Assembly: GCA_027485915.1 (NCBI GenBank) | Contig: JAIXQA010000071.1 | Location: 30,567 to 94,566 of the forward strand | Direction: 5' to 3' | DNA length: 64,000 nt | Source of the DNA: Alphaproteobacteria bacterium | GTDB lineage: Bacteria; Pseudomonadota; Alphaproteobacteria; Caulobacterales; Aquidulcibacteraceae | Shown here: piece by piece, positions 58,676 to 64,000 of the stretch | Numbering within the stretch: the stretch's first letter is position 1 | Layout of the letters: every line of letters begins with the position of its first letter | Notes under the pieces: model-generated | Told to the model about the DNA's origin: nothing | Database searches by the model: none | Seen by the model: the letters and a program-made list of their open reading frames with translations, nothing else | Position numbers and translations under genes: made by a program

Positions 58676-58760
58676 GGGGACGTGGCGAAATAGGTAGACG
58701 CACCGGACTTAAAATCCGTTGGAGCAATCCGTGCCGGTTCAAGTCCGGCCGTCCCTACCA
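58676..58760 (+). tRNA. tRNA-Leu (TAA)
   Basis: GGGGACG acceptor paired with CGTCCCT-ACCA, CT-TAA-AA loop, long variable arm, GCCGG-TTCAAGT-CCGGC T arm; one mismatch in the anticodon stem. Confidence 0.93.
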
Positions 58761-58784
58761 AACCTTATAGCCCGAAAACACCAA

Positions 58785-58815
58785 ACCCCGCGACTGGACG
58801 TGCCAATCGCGGGGC
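58785..58815. terminator. Hairpin between tRNA-Leu and convergent S8 gene
   Basis: CCCCGCGA...TCGCGGGG. Confidence 0.55.
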
Positions 58816-58842
58816 TTGTGGTTTGGAAACCTTTCGCTTCGA

Positions 58843-61011
58843 TCAGAAGCTGGTCTGATAACGGACCATCACGGCCTGATCTTTTTGACCCGAGATGCCA
58901 TCAGCATCTTGCCGCGCCATAACGGCGAAGGCGAGGGCGGAGTCTGGGCTCAAGGTCCGCGTATAGATGGCCTCTATGCGTTGTTCGGGTGTTTTGGAGG
59001 CGAGGCTGATGCCACGACGGGTCATGATGGGCGCGCCAGTTTCAGGATCGGCACCTGTTGCCAAGAACAAATTCATCATGCCGCTGCGGCTGGTCAAAGG
59101 CGTCCCGATAGCGAGGTCGAGTTGGTCTCCCTTGGCCAACAGGTCACGCTGGGCGAAATTGATCGCATAAGCAGTGGCCTCGGTTGCGCTGATCGAGCTG
59201 ACCAAGCTTGCGCCGGAACCCACCTGCGAGGCAGTTTGTGTATGGGTCATCCGGGCGCTCAGCGACGCCTTGGAAGTCAAGGTCCAAGCTAAATCGGTTT
59301 GGATGGCCAAGGTGTGGGCGGGGCCCGATAGGCCAAAGAGTTCGCTATCGACGTCGCCCAATCGGCCTTGGGCTTCTTGGATAGCCGCAACACTGGCACT
59401 GAGGCTGATACGCTCAAACTGGCGGCTCACGCCAGCTTCGAGGCTGCTGGCTTGGCTTGTTGTATTTGGCGTCCAATTTAGGCCCCGGCGCTTGTCTTGT
59501 TCACCCTGTAAGCGCGCCCCAAAGGTTAAGCTGATGCCGCTGTCAAAAGTCTGTTGGCTGGCGACGCTGGCAGCAGTGCCTTCAAACAAGGCGCTATGGT
59601 CGGCAAAGCCCAAGAGGCGGCCACTGGGGGCAGTACCTGCGGTCAGGCTTGCACCCAAGATCGGGGAAGCTTGGCCTATCGCGACGGCCCAAGACTGGCC
59701 TTGATTGCCGACAAAGTGCAGGCCACCGCTGGTGTCATTATCTGCCGATTGAGCGGGGCTTGCCACCAGGGAGAGGGTTCCGCTTGGGGTTGCAACGCTG
59801 GCCAAAGTCGATTGCAGTTTATTGGACAAGGTTGCGGCCAAGATGGAGACCGTATCAGGCCGCAGGTCTTTCGCTCGCGCACCGAAGTCATAAGCGAAAT
59901 CACGACCAAACGCGTCAAAAACCACGCCCTCAAAAGCGCCACCCTCAACCGCGAAGGATTTTGCGCCAATTGCGACGGCACCCGCATTCGTGGGGGCAAG
60001 GGCGAGGGGGGTTGTTCCAGCCGAGCTGACTGTGGTCACGGTGCCGACGGGCAAGAGGGCACGTTCCAGATTCAGAAGCCCACGGCCGTAAATCGGGTCA
60101 ATACCCCTTGCACCAAGGTCTGTTGCGGTCACAAACAGGACTTCGGCTACCTTTGGCGCGGTCAAATAAGGCCAAGCGCTTTTGACCACGGCCGCAGCCC
60201 CTGCCACCACTGGGGCAGCCATCGACGTGCCGCTCATATAGGCATAGGCGTTGGGGGCAGATGGAAAGGCACCAATCAGATTGACGCCTGGGGCTACCAA
60301 ATAGAAATTGCGGGCATCGCCAGCCCGGTTTGAGAAGCTGGCGATGACATTATTGGCGTCCACCGCACCCACGGCAATGATCTGGCCCCGAGCCCAAGCT
60401 TCAGAGGCGTGGCGGGCAGGAAAGGATGGGTTTGCGAGGCCTTCATTGCCTGCTGCAATAACCATCAACAGGCCAGCGGCTTGGGCCCCTTGTAAGGCGG
60501 TGCGGATGGTTGGGCTCATGGTCGAGCCGCCCAAGCTAAGGTTCATCACAAACGCGCGCTGGCTGGTCGCATAATTAATGCCGCGCGCCACATAAAAGTC
60601 TGACGTCGAAGAACCCATGAAAACTTGTACTGGCAGAATGCGCGCATTGGAGGCAACGCCTACCATACCGACCCGATTGGCACGGGCGGCTGCGAGTGAA
60701 GCCACATGCGTGCCGTGGCCACTGGTATCATTTACCGCTGCGGCACCAGTCAAATTGGTAAAGGCGTTATAGCCGCCTGTGATCGCGCCGGCAAAATCGA
60801 TGTGGTCGCGTCGGATCCCGGAATCAATGATTGCGATGGTGACATTGGTGCCGCGTGCCGCCCAAGGGCGTGGCTTAAATGCGCCAACGCGTGAGGCCGC
60901 AGAAGACCATGCGAGTTCTTGGCCTGTTGGAAGGGCGGCTGTTTGGGCAAGGGCAGCGCTGCAAGGAATGAGGCCTGCAAAAGCAGTCATGGAAAGTAGA
61001 ATGGCTTTCAT
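58843..61011 (-). CDS. Secreted S8 subtilase with C-terminal beta-rich domain
   Basis: IIDSG, GHGTHVA, AAGNEG, SGTSMAAP; signal peptide; ends YQTSF. Confidence 0.92.
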   Translation of the reverse strand: MKAILLSMTAFAGLIPCSAALAQTAALPTGQELAWSSAASRVGAFKPRPWAARGTNVTIAIIDSGIRRDHIDFAGAITGGYNAFTNLTGAAAVNDTSGHGTHVASLAAARANRVGMVGVASNARILPVQVFMGSSTSDFYVARGINYATSQRAFVMNLSLGGSTMSPTIRTALQGAQAAGLLMVIAAGNEGLANPSFPARHASEAWARGQIIAVGAVDANNVIASFSNRAGDARNFYLVAPGVNLIGAFPSAPNAYAYMSGTSMAAPVVAGAAAVVKSAWPYLTAPKVAEVLFVTATDLGARGIDPIYGRGLLNLERALLPVGTVTTVSSAGTTPLALAPTNAGAVAIGAKSFAVEGGAFEGVVFDAFGRDFAYDFGARAKDLRPDTVSILAATLSNKLQSTLASVATPSGTLSLVASPAQSADNDTSGGLHFVGNQGQSWAVAIGQASPILGASLTAGTAPSGRLLGFADHSALFEGTAASVASQQTFDSGISLTFGARLQGEQDKRRGLNWTPNTTSQASSLEAGVSRQFERISLSASVAAIQEAQGRLGDVDSELFGLSGPAHTLAIQTDLAWTLTSKASLSARMTHTQTASQVGSGASLVSSISATEATAYAINFAQRDLLAKGDQLDLAIGTPLTSRSGMMNLFLATGADPETGAPIMTRRGISLASKTPEQRIEAIYTRTLSPDSALAFAVMARQDADGISGQKDQAVMVRYQTSF

Positions 61012-61393
61012 TGGTCGTCCCCGAAAGTGAATTTAGTGGGGGACCGATATATCCGAAGTTTTAAAGGGGGATTTTGAAACAAGGCATAGAATTTCTACCC
61101 TTTCGTTCGGCCTTTTTAGTCAAAAATAGCTCAAATTTGGATGGAAGCATGTTTGTCCATTATCCTAAGCCAATTTGTGAAACGGGAAATCGCAGTAAAT
61201 TTCTCCTAAGCATGGTTTGCTTTGGCGCGGATTTAGGGGGGCATTTCGCCAATTTACGCCCGCGTCGCCCGTCTACAGCACGCACCTTGGGTGAAAAATA
61301 AACTGAACAATTGGCCCCCGAACTAGATTTCAAACGTGATGTGCGTAGAGAAGACAAAACGCGAGGTTTGCTGGAGGGGCGCAAGTGCGAATT

Positions 61394-63439
61394 ATGAAGA
61401 ACTGGGGCTTGATCGGTTTAGCGGCTGTCGGATTGGTTTGGGCTAGTGAGGGCCTTGCGCAATCCAATGCGGCAAAGGGCCCGCTCACGCCGGAACTCAT
61501 GTGGCAACTCCAACGCGTTGGTGTGCCTTCTTTGTCGCCAGATGGTAAGTTCTCCGTTGTCACGGTCACTCGTTTTGATGCTGAAAACGACCGCAGCTTT
61601 ACGGCACTCTGGGTGATCGCCAATGACACGGGCACAAGTCGACAATTGACCACTGGCGAGGGCAATGACCTCTCACCTGTCTGGAGCCCTGATGGCAAAT
61701 GGATCGCCTTTGTTTCAAAGCGTGGTAATGACCAAGCAAACCAGCTTTATGTGATCGCGCCCGACGGTGGAGAAGCACGCCGACTAACTGGCGTGCCAAC
61801 TGGCGTGTCTGCGCCCAAATGGTTTCCAGATAGCCAAAGGATCGCTTTCATTAGTTCTGTCTGGACTGATCTTCAGAGCTGGGACGAGCAGGCCAAGCGT
61901 TTGAAGGATCGCGCGTCGACAACCATGCAGGCACGTGTCTGGGACAAAGCGCCCATTAGCTATTGGGATCGCTTTTTGGACGAGCGCCAGCCCCACCTGT
62001 ACGCGATATCGATCAATGCTGGCGACCCAGTCGCGCTGACCCGCCCTGCCGGTGTGGCGATTGAATTCCGCACACCGGGCTTGGAAGATTACGACATTGC
62101 ACCCGATGGTCAGGAGATCGCTTTTGTTGGGGAAAGCGATACCAATGGCACGCGTCCCAATTCCGATGTTTTCGCTCTGTCGCTCTCCGCTGGGACGGTT
62201 CGCAATCTGACCAAGGCCAATCAGGCAGGCGATAGTGAGCCGCATTATAGTCCCGATGGCCGCTATCTGAGCTGGAGCTCGAATGTGATCGTCGCAGCGG
62301 CTGATCGCCAGCGTGTGATGCTGCTGGATCGCCAAGTAAACGAAGCCGCACCTCGAGACCTATCTGCAACTTGGGACTGGTCGGCTGCCGAAGTTACTTG
62401 GGCAGCGGATTCGAAATCACTCTTGGTCATTGCTGAGGACCGGCCAACGCGGCGCTTGTTCCGGATGGACCTGACCGGGGCAACCCCCCGTCGCATCACG
62501 AAAGATGGCGATTTCGCTGGGGTTGCTGCTGCTGGACGCACTGTGGTGGGCCTGCAGGCGAGTTTCTCCAGCCCAGCTACTTTGGTTCGGATCGATGGGG
62601 CAACGGGGCAAACAACGCAGCTCTCACGCTTTAATGACGCTTTGCTTGCAAAAGTTGAAATGGGCAAAGTGGAGTCGATAAGCTATCGCGGTGGCAATGG
62701 AGCAGACATCCAAATGTGGGTAGTGAAACCACCCCGCTTTGATGCCGCCAAAAAATATCCGGTTATGTTCTTGCTGCACGGTGGGCCCCATGTCGGCATT
62801 ACCGATCAATGGTCTTACCGTTGGAACGCGCAAGTCTTTGCGGGGTGGGGCTATGTGACGACGTGGCACAATTTCCATGGCTCTTCGGGCTTTGGGGATG
62901 CCTTCACCGATGCCATCCAACCAGATTGGGTGACCTTGCCCTATCAGGATACCTTAGCAGCAGCAGACTATCTAAAGGCTCAAAAATGGGTGGATTCCGA
63001 ACGCATGGTGGCCGCCGGGGGAAGCTATGGCGGCTATTTGGCGACGGTTCTTTTGGGCCGTCCTCATCCGTTCAAAGCTTTGGTGGCCCATGCCCCTGTC
63101 TATAATCAATACACCCAAATCGGGGCGGATTATGGTGCCAATCAGAACCGCTATTATGAGGCGTGGGAAGAGCCTGCAAAGTTCCAGGCCATTAGTCCGA
63201 ATATGATGGCGGCCAATTTTCAGACACCAACCTTAGTCATACATGGCCAGTTAGATTTACGGGTGCCGGTCAATCACGGGATTGAGTTGTTCAATACCTT
63301 GCAGAAGAAGGGCATACCATCACGGCTCATCTATTATGCCAATGAGAACCATTGGATTCTTCGCCCTCAGAATTCCTTATTCTGGTATGAAGAAGTCAAG
63401 AAATGGGTCGAGACTTATGCCCCCGCTGGCGGGAAATGA
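61394..63439 (+). CDS. S9 family peptidase with beta-propeller
   Basis: WSPDG repeats, HGGPH, GGSYGG, HGQLDLRV, ENHW. Confidence 0.93.
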   Translation: MKNWGLIGLAAVGLVWASEGLAQSNAAKGPLTPELMWQLQRVGVPSLSPDGKFSVVTVTRFDAENDRSFTALWVIANDTGTSRQLTTGEGNDLSPVWSPDGKWIAFVSKRGNDQANQLYVIAPDGGEARRLTGVPTGVSAPKWFPDSQRIAFISSVWTDLQSWDEQAKRLKDRASTTMQARVWDKAPISYWDRFLDERQPHLYAISINAGDPVALTRPAGVAIEFRTPGLEDYDIAPDGQEIAFVGESDTNGTRPNSDVFALSLSAGTVRNLTKANQAGDSEPHYSPDGRYLSWSSNVIVAAADRQRVMLLDRQVNEAAPRDLSATWDWSAAEVTWAADSKSLLVIAEDRPTRRLFRMDLTGATPRRITKDGDFAGVAAAGRTVVGLQASFSSPATLVRIDGATGQTTQLSRFNDALLAKVEMGKVESISYRGGNGADIQMWVVKPPRFDAAKKYPVMFLLHGGPHVGITDQWSYRWNAQVFAGWGYVTTWHNFHGSSGFGDAFTDAIQPDWVTLPYQDTLAAADYLKAQKWVDSERMVAAGGSYGGYLATVLLGRPHPFKALVAHAPVYNQYTQIGADYGANQNRYYEAWEEPAKFQAISPNMMAANFQTPTLVIHGQLDLRVPVNHGIELFNTLQKKGIPSRLIYYANENHWILRPQNSLFWYEEVKKWVETYAPAGGK

Positions 63440-63502
63440 GGGTGAGTCGTCCTATTTTAGGCTATAGCTCAGACACAGCCGGCACATCGTCCACTTAAGG
63501 AA

Positions 63503-63536
63503 AAAGGCCAACCTGCCGCAGGGCAGATTGGCCTTT
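63503..63536. terminator. Bidirectional intrinsic terminator
   Basis: AAAGGCCAA-CCTGCC-GCA-GGGCAG-ATTGGCCTTT. Confidence 0.75.
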
Positions 63537-63576
63537 CCAGTGTCTTCGACGGGCTGTTGCCCAGTCCGAAAATCAC

Positions 63577-64000
63577 TTATTGAACGGTCACGCCGGTGAC
63601 GCTCAAGCTGTTGCCAATCGCAGCCGTCGTCAGAGCGACATTGCCGGCCACGTTCGACAGCGACAGGTTTGCCGTTGCAACGTTTTGAGCGGCGTTGATC
63701 TGACGGTTGTTCAGCGTCAGGGTCGAACCTGGCAGGGTTGTAGCCGAGAAGGTGTTGCCAATCGCAGCCGTGGTCAAGGTGACTGCACCACCGACATTGC
63801 TCACCACAGCATTGGTGGTGGCAGTTGGGTCGATGTTACAAGCTTGGTCGTTTTTGATGTAGATGCTGGCAGCGGTGGTGGCTTTCACAGAGCCGCTGTT
63901 GCAGATCGCAGCTGTGGTTGCATTCACGTCGCCGCTGACATTGTTCACGCGGGTGTTCATCTCGCTGACAACATTACCAAAATAGCGCTGGGTATTGTTG
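63577..64000 (-). CDS. Asn/Thr/Ala/Val-rich repeat protein, 3' part (HfaD/curlin-like by composition)
   Basis: Frame runs off the window edge; repeats of N..Q...NV.G.V.(A/L)TTAAI[G/C]N. Confidence 0.65.
   Translation of the reverse strand, partial: NNTQRYFGNVVSEMNTRVNNVSGDVNATTAAICNSGSVKATTAASIYIKNDQACNIDPTATTNAVVSNVGGAVTLTTAAIGNTFSATTLPGSTLTLNNRQINAAQNVATANLSLSNVAGNVALTTAAIGNSLSVTGVTVQ

Noticed and set aside
58676-58760. Island inserted at tRNA-Leu
   Set aside because: No duplicated 3' end or integrase found nearby in the window.
58816-60333. Plus-strand ORFs antisense to the S8 peptidase
   Set aside because: Shadows of a GC-rich coding strand.

Overview
Alphaproteobacterial chromosome segment. 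Gene content (Tad pilus protein, TonB receptor, hybrid kinases, CtrA-like boxes) suggests Caulobacterales/Hyphomonadales; this is an inference. Family assignments come from motifs recognised by eye, with no database search. (1) 1-4.3 kb is core: rlmJ, a cold-shock protein with a long Gly/Arg repeat region, an L,D-transpeptidase, a DmpA-like peptidase and tRNA-Arg(ACG). (2) 4329-26121 is a ~21.8 kb island in tRNA-Arg, bounded by a 50-bp direct repeat, with a tyrosine integrase and TGCTACCAA arm-type repeats. Cargo: Hen1-Pnkp RNA repair operon, an excisionase-like HTH gene with iteron-like repeats, unrelated genes each separated by copies of one palindromic repeat family, a signal-peptide RHS toxin with candidate immunity gene, and a small secreted YD/Cys-rich protein. 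(3) ~26.1-29.9 kb holds relics of one or two related elements with the same left-end backbone but other cargo: a minimal nucleotidyltransferase, and a JAB-motif toxin-like gene plus partner behind a perfect CtrA box. (4) 30-41.5 kb is a TetR-associated catabolic/uptake locus. (5) 42-64 kb is core-like: TRAP transporter, M17 peptidase, TadG-like, two hybrid kinases, two tandem unknown paralogs, radC, map, symporter, tRNA-Leu(TAA), S8 and S9 peptidases, and a partial repeat protein. Best candidate for an undescribed system: the palindromic repeat (GGTCyGsTTTG...AAAGCkGmC) that delimits cargo genes and lies exactly where two sister backbones stop matching, suggesting a cassette-exchange site.
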